Assembly: GCA_023515725.1 (NCBI GenBank)
Contig: JALDTO010000208.1
Coordinates: forward strand, 309,867 to 373,866
Source of the DNA: Amoeboaphelidium protococcarum X5
Lineage: Eukaryota; Fungi; Aphelidiomycota
Direction of reading: 5' to 3'
Length of the DNA: 64,000 nucleotides
Shown: positions 40,165 through 53,479 of the stretch, in pieces
How the letters are laid out: each line of letters begins with the position of its first letter
Position numbering within the stretch: position 1 is the stretch's first letter
Translations under genes and position numbers: made by a program
The notes under the pieces: model-generated
Databases searched by the model: none
Seen by the model: the letters and a program-made list of their open reading frames with translations, nothing else
Told to the model about the DNA's origin: nothing

Positions 40165-41121
40165 ATGCTGAAGGACAAAGTCGTATTCATTTCCGGCGCT
40201 AGTAGAGGTATTGGCAAGGCGATTGCTATCAGACTGGCGATGGATGGAGCCAAGGTGGCTGTAGCTTCCAAATCTTCCGGAACTCAAGGTGCATAGAAGC
40301 TACCTGGAACTATTGAGCAGACTGCTGAGGAGATTGAGAAGGTTGGCGGTCAGTCGCTGGCTATTCAGTGTGACATTAGATTTGAGCAAGAGGTCTAGAA
40401 TGCCATCCAGTAGACTGTGGATCGATGGGGAGGTATCGATATTCTGATCAACAATGCTAGTGCCATCAGCCTTACTGACACTCCAAACACTGCGGTGAAG
40501 AAGTTTGACCTGATGAATCAGATCAATGGTCGCGGTACCTGGCTGTGTACAAAGTTGGCACTTCCACACCTGATCAAGTCTGCTAAATCTGGTAGAAATC
40601 CGCAGGTGCTCAACCTGTCTCCGCCACTGTCCGTGGATACTCAGTGGTTCGCACCTCATACTGCGTACACTATCGCCAAGTTTAACATGAGCATGTGCAC
40701 TCTGGGTATGAGCGAAGAGTTTAAGCAGTATGGCATCAGTGTCAATTCATTGTGGCCACGTACGGCGATCGACACTGCTGCAATGAAGATGATACCGGGC
40801 GCTGCTGACCAGAGGGCCACCATGAGAAGAGTCGGTATAATGGCTGATTCTGCGTATGTTCTACTGAACTAGCAAGGGCTGACTGGTGTGTTTGCCATAG
40901 ATGATGATATTATTCTGAGCCAGGGATTCAAGCGTCCAGATTTGGACATTTACTCTAACACTAGAGGTATGAAGGAGAGCGACCTGTTTCCCGATTTCTT
41001 TATCCCTGAAGGTTACAAGACTCCTCTGAGTGGCATCAAATCTAATAAGGTGCTGCGAAAGTTGGATGCCTTATCAACTACTGGAATATCGGAATATGCT
41101 GCGGCTCAGGCTCATCTTTGA
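40165..41121 (+). CDS. HSDL2-like short-chain dehydrogenase/reductase lacking the SCP2 domain; C-terminal AHL (PTS1-like)
   Basis: 'ISGASRGIGKAIA', 'KLPGTI', 'GGIDILINNASAISLT', 'NLSPPL', 'AYTIAKFNMS', 'NSLWPRTAIDTAA', 'PDFF'. 319 codons. Confidence 0.92.
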
Positions 41122-41247
41122 GATAATTTTTATGACATCAGTAAATATGAAGTTTCTCTTCAATGCGTACTAAAACTATTTCATAATATCATTGCTATCA
41201 ATTAGTTATTCATTCAAAGTTCAATCAAATATTACAATCGGTAAAAT

Positions 41248-42885
41248 TCACCAGAACCAGGAAGAGCTCTGCTGCTTCATCTTTGGCGCAGCTGGAACTA
41301 ACGCAGCGTGGATTAGATTACTCTTTTAGGTGGTATATGGTGGATATCTCAACTAGTTTCCCACTTCTGCAATCACATTTCTCTTCATCACAGCTTTGCG
41401 ATGACTGAAGCAATCGAATGAGAATTTGCCATGATACTGACCATATCCACTATTTCCAACACCTCCAAACGGTAGAGTCTCGCAGGTGAAGTGCATTAAA
41501 CAGTCATTGATCAACTGACCACCAGAGAGCACTTCATTTTGGAATTGCTCAATACTCTTGTAATTGTTAGAGAATAAGTATGCAGCCAGTGGCTTCTCTC
41601 TACCGTTAATGAACTGAATGCAGTTTTATAAAAATTATTACTGCTAACCCTCCTATTATTCGGCACTCGGAAGTGCAATAATGATCATGATGGGACCGAA
41701 TATCTCTTGTTGCATTAGAGCATCCTCACAAATGGAATTAAAATCTCCGGCAGATGGCTCCAATACAACAACAGTCGGTGGAATATACAATTCATTAGCA
41801 TCGCGGCCGTCTTCATTGACCACAATACGTCCACGAGTCTTTTTCAACATCGAATCCAGACGGTCATAGTGGCGACGACTGACAATGCGACCAAAACTGT
41901 TCACATTCTTTTTAATCTCTTCAGCATCCAACGAGCCATACAACTTGACAATCTGCGCTTTAACATTCTCTAAAACCAAGTCAAGATGCTACTAAGGCAC
42001 TAGTACATAATCTGGAGCGATACAAGTTTATCCGACATTAAAAAACTTTGAGGCCACCAAACGAGTCGTCACAGTGTCCATCTTCATGCTAAAGCTACTA
42101 AACAGTCCACCTTACACAGTCGCCTCACCAATGTTCAAATCAATAATACAAGGAGATTTACCGCCCAGTTCAAGCGTGGTGGGCGTCAGAGTCTCTGCGG
42201 CAGCTCTGGCAATCACTTTACCAACCTGGCTGTTACCAGTCAGAAAAATGTGATCCCACTTCCACTATCTCTCAGTACCTGCATTTACAGAGCCACGGAG
42301 TAGAGCGGTCACCTCTTCTACAGCTCCAGTGACCACTCTATAACACTACGGATCCAAATACTTATTAAACAGAGATGCCAGTGCTTGCGATGTATTACTC
42401 GACACTTCTGACAATTTGAGAACCGCAGTATTACCGGCAGCGATGGCACCAATCAGCGGACTAATGGCAGAGTTGACCGGGTAATTCCAAGTACCAATTA
42501 TCAGAACCATGCCGAGAGGATCATACTAAACATATCCGGAATCTCCGCTCAGATTGCTCGCCAAATCCATAGATACTGCTTATGGCGACATCCAGTGGTG
42601 CAAGTTGGCCAGACACTTGTTCACATCCTTCTCACTGGTGTACAAATCTCCTAGTAAAGCCTCCCCACGACACTTGCCATCAGCCACCATGGCATCCAAC
42701 AGAATTTATATTGACTCTTCATCAGTGACCAGTCTTCTAATACCATGCAATTACTCCATTCTATACTCATACGGTCTGGTGACACCGCTAGCGAAAGAGT
42801 CTCTCAACTGTCTAGTTATCTGCTCAAGTTCTTTTACTGGCGTATACTGCTATTATCCCTTAGTCTTTTCCGTCTTGGCTGGCAT
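41248..42885 (-). CDS. Class 3 (fatty) aldehyde dehydrogenase, 545 aa, no C-terminal TM anchor
   Basis: '[15 protein letters not shown]', 'GAIAAGN', 'TLELGGKSP', catalytic 'NVGQTCIAPDY' (Q=TAA), 'EIFGP', 'EKPLAAY', '[19 protein letters not shown]'. Confidence 0.94.
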
Positions 42886-43537
42886 TTTCTCAAAGTGTTA
42901 TTACTTAGATCGGCGAATATGTATATTCCACAAATATTACAAAACTTAATGCAGGTGTAGTTGTTTATTTTATGGTGACTATAATACTGTAGAACAAGCG
43001 TGGGAGTGAAAGATGATTTGAGCCGCAGCGCCACGCGATAAAGTTGAAACTGCCGAGATTGCACTGAACCGAACAGTTCAATCACGGTAATTATATAGAC
43101 TGTATATTCAGTAGTGAAGCTCTTTGGTCAGTAAACTAAATAAAAATGGGAAATTCATGGTATCTAAATATTACTTCAGCAATCACTCGTTACCACAATT
43201 TCCAAAGTTCATTCCATAACTCTTCTATAAAGAGTATACCGGTAATCTGCTATTGAATGGACGATTTAACACGTTCCTACGATAACAATGAAAATTGCTC
43301 CATACATAAGACGCTGTTCCTTTGAATAGACAAATGATACCTGGCAAACTTAAATTAATCTACGCACGTCATTTCAATTAGCTATCGTACTGCACTCTTG
43401 AAACTGGACCAATCAGCGGTGACTTTGAAATTGAAAATTTCGCGATCGTTTCCAAGGCGCTTCCATCTTAAGCTCTCTCGTTAACAGCGCCGTATCAATT
43501 TTATTTATCATCATTTGAATTAAATTTTAATCTGATT

Positions 43538-45505
43538 ATGGTAATGACGCGGAGATAATTATAAAAAAGAGTCAACGCTGGAGACTCTATTGATAGTCAA
43601 TTTGATACTCTTAATGAAAATGGAAATATTAGACTGTAAAGCAATAGTAGACAAGTTTAGCATGGCACAAAGGATGAAATGTCCGTTGATCTTCCATACA
43701 CTAAAGCGAGACGGCCCACTTCAGCACTATCGAATACACCTTCTTTTAATGCGGATGATGGTGCGCGATTACGAAAGGATTTGCCTAATATTACATTGCT
43801 TATTATTTTGTACTTGCTTTAAGGTATACCGCTTGGACTCGCTCTTGGTACGCTCCCTTTCATGTTGAAGCGCCAATTGTCATTCGCCGAGATGGCAATC
43901 TTCTCTCTATGCAGCTGGCCATACTCGCTCAAGTTACTCTGGTCTCCAATAGTTGACAGTTTTTATATCTAGTCCATCCGTGGCCGTTTTTCTAGTAAAT
44001 TTGGGTTATGGTCATCAGTGTAATATTGGTTTGGGGGGAGGCGAAAGACGTGGATCATCCCTCTTTAACTGATTGTATCTGCATTTTTGTTTTGGCTGGC
44101 CAGGTAGTAAGAGCTATTGTCTAGTCTTATAGGAAATCGCTCAACTTCATCGTCTGATGCTTTGGACGCGTCTAATGTTATTGATGTTCAATTATTGACA
44201 GGTGTATTCCTCCTTTTGGTATTTTTTAGTGCGACTCAAGATATTGCAGTTGATGGATGGTCTCTGACTTTGTTGCATAAGGAGAATCTACGGTGGGCGT
44301 CGGCGTGCTAGACTATCGGGCTCAATACTGGATACTTTCTAAGTTTTAGTGGTATTTTGTACTTGGTTTCCACTTATAATGTCAAGTACTCTGATCCGGA
44401 AATGACTGTTAATATGCTATCGAACTATTTAGCCTTCTGGGCTGTGTGCTTTATATCAGTCACCCTGTGGCTCATAGTGATGAAGCGGGAAGCTGACTCT
44501 GTAGATGAGGCCGAGGGGGTTAGCACTTTGGGAATGATTAATGCTTATAAGGACGTGGTATCTATTCTTAAATTGCCCAACATGAGGATTCTTATTGTGG
44601 TCCTTTTGACATGTAAATTGCCATTTATCGGCGCAGAGACACTTGTACCATATCGACTGATTGACATGGGAGTGGGCGAAGAAACTCTGGCCAGTATTGC
44701 CTTGTTCTGTTTCCCTCTGTAGTTGATCGTCGGATGGATTGGCGCCAAATGGAGTCAAGAACGAAAGCACAAGGGATAGTTGTATAGTTTGGTACATCGC
44801 GACAGCAATATTGAGGGTGTTGACGCGCCATAAGATAGTGATGATACCGGCGAAGACGGGCAAGATCTTATGCCTGGCGAAGGTAGACTTCGACCGTGGT
44901 TGTATTCATATTACATACGGTTGCTGCTCGTTTTCTATGGAATGGCTTTGGTATATCTGTCCAAGTACGGTCTAACTAAAGTTGATGGTGATACTTCCAC
45001 TGCTCATTTGGAAAACTGGTTCTATGGTATGATCGTTTTTGGCTCGATCGCTGGTACAGTTGTCAGCACTATCTAATTTGTCTCGATTGGTTCATTCTTT
45101 GCCACTATATCCGATCCTCTTATAGGTGGTACATATCTGACACTACTCAATACATTATCCAACTTTGGCGGTACGTGGCCTAGTTTCTTTGTGCTCAGAG
45201 CTGTCGATTTATTCACATCTAGCACATGTATACAACCTATCGATATGGATGCCACTTCTGCCAACTCAACAACATCTAGTTCCATCGCTGATTTTAGCCT
45301 ACTGAGCTGCAATAATAAAGAAGCGAAAAACTTATGCATAGATGCTGGTGGAGAGTGTAACTACGGCATGGATGGCTTTTACGTGGTTAATCTTGTTTGC
45401 ATAGTGCTCGGTGTTATGCTATTCGTCGCCTTTATCAGATCTCATATCCGTATGTTGGAGATTACCCCTATTGAAAGATGGCGCGTGTACAATGGTAAAA
45501 AGTGA
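43538..45505 (+). CDS. SLC33A1: ER acetyl-CoA transporter (SLC33A1/AT-1 family), 655 aa
   Basis: 'LYLLQGIPLGL' (Q=TAA), 'WPYSLKLLWSPIVDS', 'GRRKTWIIP', 'SATQDIAVDGW', 'DPLIGGTYLTLLNTLSNFGGTWP', 'DGFY'. Confidence 0.93.
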
Positions 45506-45575
45506 TAATTTTATAAAATTGTAAATTTGATGCCAACATATTAGAACCTTTTTAGTATATAACATATATTTTGTC

Positions 45576-45956
45576 TCATCGTTTAGCCAGTAGCGCCAAC
45601 CAGCCAGCAATATAACACAAGCCGCCAACAGGTGTAACAAGTCCCAGAAACTTCCATCCGGGATTAAGTGTCAGCAAGTAGATTGAACCACTAAAGAGTA
45701 AATTACCACAAGTGAAGAGGGCTGCAGATAAAGGACGCTAACTACCGCCTTACTGATACTGCGACGCGATCACAATCATGACTGAGTGAAGCAATTAATA
45801 AGAGGCCGCAGTCGACCAGCCAGACAACTTCCTATCAACCACCGCGACATCCTTTGTCTACTTCATTAAACTCGTCCTCAGACCATGCGCTCCAAACGCC
45901 CCAAGACCGACAGCCAACGCGCCGGAAATACAACCAATCTAATGGAAATTTAGCAT
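45576..45956 (-). CDS. TMEM256/DUF423 (YgdD-like) small membrane protein, 126 aa
   Basis: 'GALAVGLGAFGAHGL', 'WSTAASYQLLH', 'LFSGSIYLL', 'VTPVGGLCYIAGWL'. Missed by the standard-code track. Confidence 0.9.
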
Positions 45957-46655
45957 TGCTGCTTCACTTTGCTTGCGGATATAAAAATGCTTTTTGTCTT
46001 TTCTGATTTGCTGCAGAGTTCGCGCGATCCGTCACTCGTCACTTTCGTAATCTCACCTGTTAACCGACGTTTGCTTGTACGTTCTCTTTTCTTCAACCGA
46101 CCATGAAAAAAGGCAAAAAATAACGACAGAAACCATACCAGGATGTAATTATCTGGAATGACTAGTAATTTCAAGCGCACTTGCTGAATCTAATGCAGTG
46201 ACAGCTTTGAATGCCAGTACGCGTATACGTTGATTATGATTATACTTTTGATAGGGACATCTGATTTACCATGATGTTAACACCGGACTAGATAGTATCT
46301 GAATCAATGTTTCTTTCTCTCTTATATTCGTTTCTCACCTCATCTACCTACTTACTGAGCTCAACATTGATAACATTTTGAGTTTTCTATCAAATAAACT
46401 ACTTTCATGATTACTATTTTCATTCTAATTAAACTCAAAATTCTTTTCACTGAGGCTAGTCATAGCTATAATGCAATTTTCACGTCTTCCTAGGGTGCTC
46501 GCTCTCTCCAATCAAATGGTCGATGTTGTTGTTTTCGCCATTTGTAAAAGTGAAACGAAGTCTCTTTTGTTTCATCGTCTGACTTCAACAAAGCCAAGTC
46601 GGTACAGTAATAATTAGTAAAAGGTGGTAACCTTAAAGCATTATCATAACTGACA

Positions 46656-49600
46656 ATGGCATAAGTTGATTCTCGCAAAATTGCGGAGACTGTCCGTGTA
46701 TTGAATGAACATGCTGTCAACCTACTGTCTGGCTTGTATAATTATGTTTACATCTTCAACGGGGATGGACCTGGCTGTGTGATAGACACTATGGTTCCAG
46801 AGGAGGTGTCGGCGCTCAATCGCAAGAGTGAACAACCACGTCTGTTTACAGAGCAACCTTATCAGGCTTTTGTGAAGCAAGTTCTGAAGAAGTTTCCTGA
46901 CGTCCCTGATACTCACAAGGTACGTACTTGCTTTATCTACTGTTTATGTCTTATAATGTTTTGATATGTCTCTTACATTTGCGCTGTGATTGTAGAACTC
47001 GTCTGCCCAGGCTCTGTAGACTGATGCTCGTCAGGTGCTGGCAGAAATCTAGCCAATATATCAATTGTTTGTGGATATTATGGAGTTTACTGAGGTATCA
47101 ATATCTTGTCTTCTAGTATGTGATCGTTTGGTTGGTTTGAATGTAAGTTTTATAATGTTTCTTGGCATGCTGCAACTCTTACCAATTCATAAATGTATCT
47201 TAAAGAGTGTAGTGTTAATAGCATTTCAGATTGACGGATGGTATTCTCAAGTTGCTGTGCAATCTGGTTAGTGTTCACTTGTTGATGGGTAAGCTGGCGG
47301 ATGAGAAGAAGGTTGTGGCGTCTGTATTCAACTTCTTGACTCAGTACTTGAGTCCAAGCAAGATGGGAGATATGAATTACGGACGTATGGCCTCGTTCTT
47401 CGCTGTGTATGACAAGCCAATCGTCGCCCTGTAAGAGTAGTTGAGTCCGATGACTCTTTGTCTAAGTACTCTGCTGCAGTCATCAATCACCGAGTACATG
47501 AAATATGGCCCAATGAGTATGGAGTAAATTAGGAAGGATGGTGTTTATGCATCCGGTATTAATGTAAAGTCTTTGACTGTAGATGAGGCCAAGATCCGTG
47601 TGATTCCTAGTTTTAATGACTTTAGTTATACCGTAGTCATTGGTTTGTTAGTCATTCCGGCCGAGTATTTGAAAACTTAAGCACTTAGTGATGCCCTGAA
47701 GTTTGTCCTATCTCAGAATATTGTGTTTGTAGTCTTTCGCTCTGAAGTGTTGAACATTGCCACTGAGATTGATGTGATTGTAAAGTCCAACAGCAAGTTG
47801 TCCAAGATTAAGTAGTTCATCAGCGAAGCACATGCGGAAGGATTGTACAAAGCTGTGTAGTTCCACTCTAGTCGTAGAGAGTATGTAAAGTTTGCACTTA
47901 AGCAGTGGGTGCTCATTGTACAGGATTCTCCATTTGTGATTGGGTACAAGTTGCCAGTACTGTTGTCATTGATGAACTTGGCCAAGGAGGAGCTTGTGTG
48001 GTATTTTAACCATCATGATAAGACTGTGGGCTACAATCTGCCGAAATTTGCACCTAAAGCTCCTAATGTGCAGCAAGGAAATGACCCTAAGATTTTTGAA
48101 TTGATGCACGCTCTCACCAAGTTGAAGAAGGTTTTGTTATCACAGCAGATGGTGGCGCAGGAATTCTATAGCAATCTGATGAATACTCATTATGGGCCTC
48201 TGATTGATAATCTGGTGCAAAAGTTGAAAGATACTTGTAAATTGGAGCCGACAATAGAGATGATTTTGTACTCTATTGCTGATAAAGTGCGAGACTCGAA
48301 CATTTTGTTGACATTTGGCGATTTGAGATTAGACTATGAACGTTTGCTGGTTCATATTTATTCTGTGGAATCCTCTATCGATCCTAGATTGGTTCCAGAT
48401 TTTATTGCATTGATGAATGAGATTGGCTACAGGACCAGGTTCATTGATGAGACTCAGAGCATTATTGATGAGAATTGCAATTTAAAGTTCTCCTATCATT
48501 TCCGTTCATTGATTCAGGAACAAGTGAACGAGGTGCTGTCTTCCTATCCGGATATTGTCCTGTGTCTGAACTCTGTGTTTATTGCTTCCAGTGACTTTAT
48601 CTTGAATGCGAATGGATATGTTCAGAAGGAAGTTGATCGCGTGTCTGCAAAGTCGAATGAGTGGATAAACATTTAATTGCAGAATATTTCTAGATCCGCA
48701 GCAGATTATTGCCAGGCTGTTATCAATTACCATGTGTCATTTGGTAATTAGACTCTGGACGAGAATGGTGTCATATTTGTGCCAGATAAGAGAGATAAAA
48801 AGACTTCCAAGAAGGCTGCGCAACAGCAGATAGTCAAGCCTGGATATGAAAGTGTTTTCAGAAATGCTGCATACATTGGAAGTATCCCTGTGTTACGCCT
48901 GGCTTTGATTAATTGTGTTGATGCTCTGACTGCTCTAGATTACTTTGCGGTGTTTGATCACTTGTACAGTCCGAGTGAGTACTTGAAGGATGCCATCACA
49001 ATGAAATTGCGTGCAATCTTAATGGCGGCTCCGTACATTCAGGCTGCCCCGACGAGTCCACACAAAGATGGCGCAGATGAACCTCCTTTCCAAATCAAGA
49101 GACCTTCATAATTTTTGAATGAGTTGAACGCCATCACTGATGTCATCTAGCGTTATTGTGGTCCTCAAGCTCATGGCATCATTCGCGATGTTCTCCTGGA
49201 GTAATTGGATTTGAATATGGCTAGAAAGTATTTCACTGACGTTGATATGAATGCTATCAAATCTCTACCAAAGAAGCCTTCTAAGAAACCTGTCCCATTC
49301 ACTGGTAATAGCGATGTTTAGTCTTTTATGGTAACCTACGTGAACTGGTATGTTGAGTATGTGAGAGACCGAGCCACGTACAATGTTGCAGTAGTCTCTG
49401 AGTTGAAAAAGTAGATTGTGAGCCACTCTTAGAGCACGTTCAAAGCCTAGTATTACACCGATCTAACCGAATTGATTGCTCTCTGCTAGATTATTGGACC
49501 TTCAGGCGTGCGCATAATGGACGAGAGATTTTTGCATTTGATCTTCCATACGCTTAAGGATGTTAAAGAATACGTGAATGCTAATAGTGAGTTGCTCTTC

Positions 49601-50410
49601 CAACTATAGAAGAACTGGTTCATTGAAGGTAGATTCGATGACTTGGCAAAGAAATTCAAAGGTGTCGATGATGTGCTGTAAAAGTCTATCAACGTTGGTT
49701 TGGTACTTTTATTCCGTAAGAATCTGTATGAAGCTCTTGGTATTGCTTTCTCTAATAAGGCTGGTTTGGTTACATCTCTAGTAGGCAATGTGTATAACAA
49801 GTACGATGTTAATGTATTCAACAATGCGGAGTATGCCGCATTGGACAATCTGGCCAACTTTATTGGAATTAATGATCGCGGAGACAATATGGTGAAGGTG
49901 GCGTTTAATATGCTGTGTAAGAATCAGATGACTGATCAGAAGCTTTTCTCTCTGCTGCCGTATCTGTTTGCTGTGGCATTCAAGTCTTTAGTTCCAGATT
50001 TGCAGAGTAATTTCATTGTGCAACTTGAGGCGCTGGACAACAATGGGCACTGCTTGGCTTATACTGTAGATGTAATGCTGACGTACCTGATTGCTCTCAC
50101 CAGTCCTAATGCTGAGAGTGGTTTTATCGCTCAGGTACATAGAGAATTTGTGCAGGTGAGTTCTGCAATGTTGATGAAGAATAAGGATTCTCTGCGTGCC
50201 GATGTTATCAGAGGCTTGTATTTGGTTGTAAGAAAGTTTTGCCAGTTGTCCAAGTACATATCTACCGATGTTCTGGAAGAGGTATTCCCTTACGCTATTG
50301 CCAGAGCTGCTTTCGGAGATTTGGGTCGTAAGCAGGGCGCGTAGTAGAAAGTCAAAACGTCCAAGAACGCGCCGGCAAATACGAAGACTGAGGAAGAGGT
50401 GGCTCTGTGA
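46656..50410 (+). CDS. NCKAP1: Nck-associated protein 1 (Nap1/HEM), SCAR/WAVE complex subunit; two 5' introns
   Basis: N-terminus 'KIAETVRVLNEHAVNLLSGLYN', 'VLKKFP', 'AKEELVWYFNH', 'KPGYES', 'IKRPS', 'LCQIIGPSG', 'ALDNNGHCLA', C-terminal 'LEEVFPYAIARAA'. About 1100-1200 aa. Confidence 0.85.
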
Positions 50411-50791
50411 TATGTTTACACTGGTATGTGTGTTTAGCGTTAACGTTTCGAGGAAGAGTTGGTATGAATGACGAGTGATTGTGAATTAATATATGAGATG
50501 ATTTTTATGAATGTAGTCCCGAACTTTTACATGTAAAGAGTTGTTTTGCCAGAATTGTTAGCACTTGAGTATTGTCGCCTTTTTTACTTGGCTTTAAGCG
50601 TCGCGGTTGCTCTTCAAAGCAATTTATCAATGAGAGAATTGACCAATCAGAGCGATCGACAAGATTTCCATTTTTGAGAATTCCCGCAGTCAATCAGAGA
50701 CTTGAACTTGCTTTGACTTTTCAATTAGTAAAATTAATTTGCTTCAAATTTTGGAAATTCAATAGGCGCAATAAACTTTATAATAATAATT

Positions 50792-51865
50792 ATGGCCTCT
50801 GAGAATGAAATGAAGAATGGGAGCAGCGAATACAAGTATTTCAAAATTGACATGCATACTCATATTCTGCCAAAGCAATGGCCAGATTTGGAAAAGAGGT
50901 ATGGATACAAAGGATGGATATCGCTGGACCATTCGCGATCTAAAGATGGCAAGACGGCAGATATGATGCTGGATGGAAAGAATTTCAGGACTATTGATTG
51001 TAACTGCTGGTCGCCAGATGCGAGAATTGAGACGTGTCAGCAGACGAGCGTCAATGTCCAAGTCCTCAGTACAGTGCCCGTGATGTTTGGCTACTGGGCT
51101 AAGCCGGAGCACACTCTTGACTTGGCGCGTTATCTGAATGATCATATTGCATAAATTGTGGCAGAGTATCCGAAGAAGTTTGTCGGCCTGGGCACTCTAC
51201 CAATGCAGGCTCCTCAGCTAGCCGTCCAGGAGTTGAAGCGATGTATGTAAGAGCTTGGTCTGAAAGGTGTTCAGATTGCATCTCATATCAATGATTGGAA
51301 TCTGGACGCGCCGGAGCTTTATCCAATCTGGGAATGTGCGCAAGAACTCGGAGCTGCGATCTTTGTTCACCCTTGGGATATGGAGTAGAAGGGACGCATG
51401 GAGAAGCACTGGTTCCCATGGTTAATTGGTATGCCGTGTGAGACAACCGTGGCCATTTGTTCCATGTTGATGGGCGGCGTGTTGGATAAGTTTCCACGAC
51501 TTAAAGTATGTTTTGCGCATGGCGGCGGATCTTTTGTCGGCACTCTAGGCAGGATTGAGCACGGATTTAATGTAAGACCGGATTTGTGTTAGACCATGAC
51601 TAAAGTGAATCCTGTGTAATAGCTTGGTAAAATCTATGTCGATTCCCTGGTTCATGACAAGGACACGTTGAGATTTTTGATAAAAAAGATGGGCATTGAT
51701 AATATCGTGCTTGGCAGTGATGCTCCATTTGTTCTGGGTGAGCATCATCCTGGCAAAGACGTTGAGGAGATGGAAGATTTATCTGATGCTGATAAGCGCA
51801 AGATTCTATCAGAAAATGCTTGCAAATTTTTGGGTATAAGCATGGACGATTTTGTCGAAAATTGA
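50792..51865 (+). CDS. ACMSD: 2-amino-3-carboxymuconate-6-semialdehyde decarboxylase (amidohydrolase family), 357 aa
   Basis: 'KIDMHTHILPKQWPDL', 'VQVLSTVPVMFGYW', 'LGTLPMQAP', 'FVHPWDM', 'WLIGMPCET', 'FAHGGGSF', 'LGSDAPF'. Confidence 0.95.
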
Positions 51866-51927
51866 TTAGATTTATGAATTATACTTATACTATTCAAAAC
51901 TATGTAATGATATTGATCATGTAGTAC

Positions 51928-52671
51928 TCATTTACGTTTCTTTACAGTGGGAGGACTAGTCTTCTTATTACCGCCACTCTTTGCGCGTTCTTACTGTTCA
52001 AGTTGAAGCAATTCTTCAGCTGCCTGTCTAGCTCTCTCATCTTTCAGACGGCGATCCTCTTCAGATAGTTCAGAGGCCAGTCTTCGTCGCTCAGCCATAT
52101 CTTGCTCCATCTCCTTCATCTACATCTCCTGCTCCCGCTACTTTTCAATCTATATCAATTTCGCAGCGTCTTGGAAGATACTCTCACCCCACTGAGGCTT
52201 CAATTGATTGGCTTCTAAAACAATCTCGCCACAATCCTCATTCAGAACCTGTTCAGCCATCTGGAATCTGTGCATAACATCTTCTCCTATCAAACCTTAC
52301 TTGACCAACTGGCTCAGCGATTACTTTTGCGACTGCATATCCATCAACTACTGAACATTGTGCATCGTTCTACGCATCAGAGCCTGTGCCAGTGTATTTC
52401 TAACAGTCGCCGGCGATTGACCATTTTATTACGATTATTACTACTACTCCGCCAACTACTTTAAGCGAACATACTCTTCCTTATGTTTATTATTCACCGA
52501 TGATGACCAAGTGTAATTAGCAACAACCGGATCCCACTAGCCTTACTTCACATTCGGTATGTTGACTTCTAAATTTCTGCGCTGAACCCAAGACAGAACA
52601 TAATATCCAATAACACACACCAAGCCAACGATTATAAACGGAGCGATAGCATCTACAGTTCCCTTTGCCAT
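51928..52671 (-). CDS. SEC66: Translocation protein Sec66/Sec71 (Sec62/63 complex), 247 aa
   Basis: N-terminal TM, then 'LAQALMRRTMHNVQQL...LVKQGLIGEDVMHRFQMAEQ...EIVLEANQLKPQWGESIFQ', matching the fungal Sec66 pattern. Confidence 0.8.
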
Positions 52672-52845
52672 AATAAAAGTAGAATTTTTATTGTTAGGCC
52701 CAGTCGCAGTAATTTGGATTTAAATTTTCAAGGCGAAATGAAGAAAGAAGTAAGAGCTGCAAGTCGCGCAGGAAAAAGCATTGAATTCTTTTAAACGAGG
52801 GATCGTGTTTAAATACCTTAGTAGTGCATAATCATCAAAATCAGT

Positions 52846-53277
52846 ATGAGTAATAGTATGCGATATATCCCAAATAATTGTATAGTTAGGATAAATATTC
52901 TTGCGCGACAATTATCGTAAATGAATACCATGTTAATGTAATAAAGTAATAGAAACACACACAGTCGACTTAGTAGAGCCATGATGGAGAAGATCAGATC
53001 TGAGGGAGCCTGTGGATAATTATCTGTCTAAGAGCTGTCTGATAAATTCAAAGTGGATAGAGGCGCCATTGTGAAAATACTGAAATCAAGATACAATCCC
53101 CATTAGATTGATGTGCTAAAGAGTGATATAAAGAGACTGGAAGAGAAGAGACGCGTCAATCCGCAGAAATGGAGTGACGGAAATGATCGATAGCTGGCTG
53201 AATTAGAGTCGGAGCTGAGGCAATCACTGCAGAGTGATCCCAATAAGGATATGAAACACCGATTCTTGACTGATTGA
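52846..53277 (+). CDS. Rrg9/Neugrin-like mitochondrial protein, 143 aa
   Basis: 'RLSRAMMEKIR...LSVQELSDKFKVDRGAIVKILKSRYNP' resembles the Neugrin/Rrg9 core. Start could be 52846 or 52921. Confidence 0.65.
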
Positions 53278-53479
53278 ATAAAGTGGCGTTGTCTCTTTCC
53301 TATTGCAGACGTGTGTTGTATAAGTTTTGTTTCACTTTGTTGGCTGATTGCCGATTTCGCGTTTTGTTTCACTTTCAGCTTCTTTCTATCTCTACCTCGC
53401 GTTCAGTCACTACTGTAATAACAACAGTCTTAATCTATTTGACGTATATAATTTTACTTCTTGTTGATAATAATACAAT

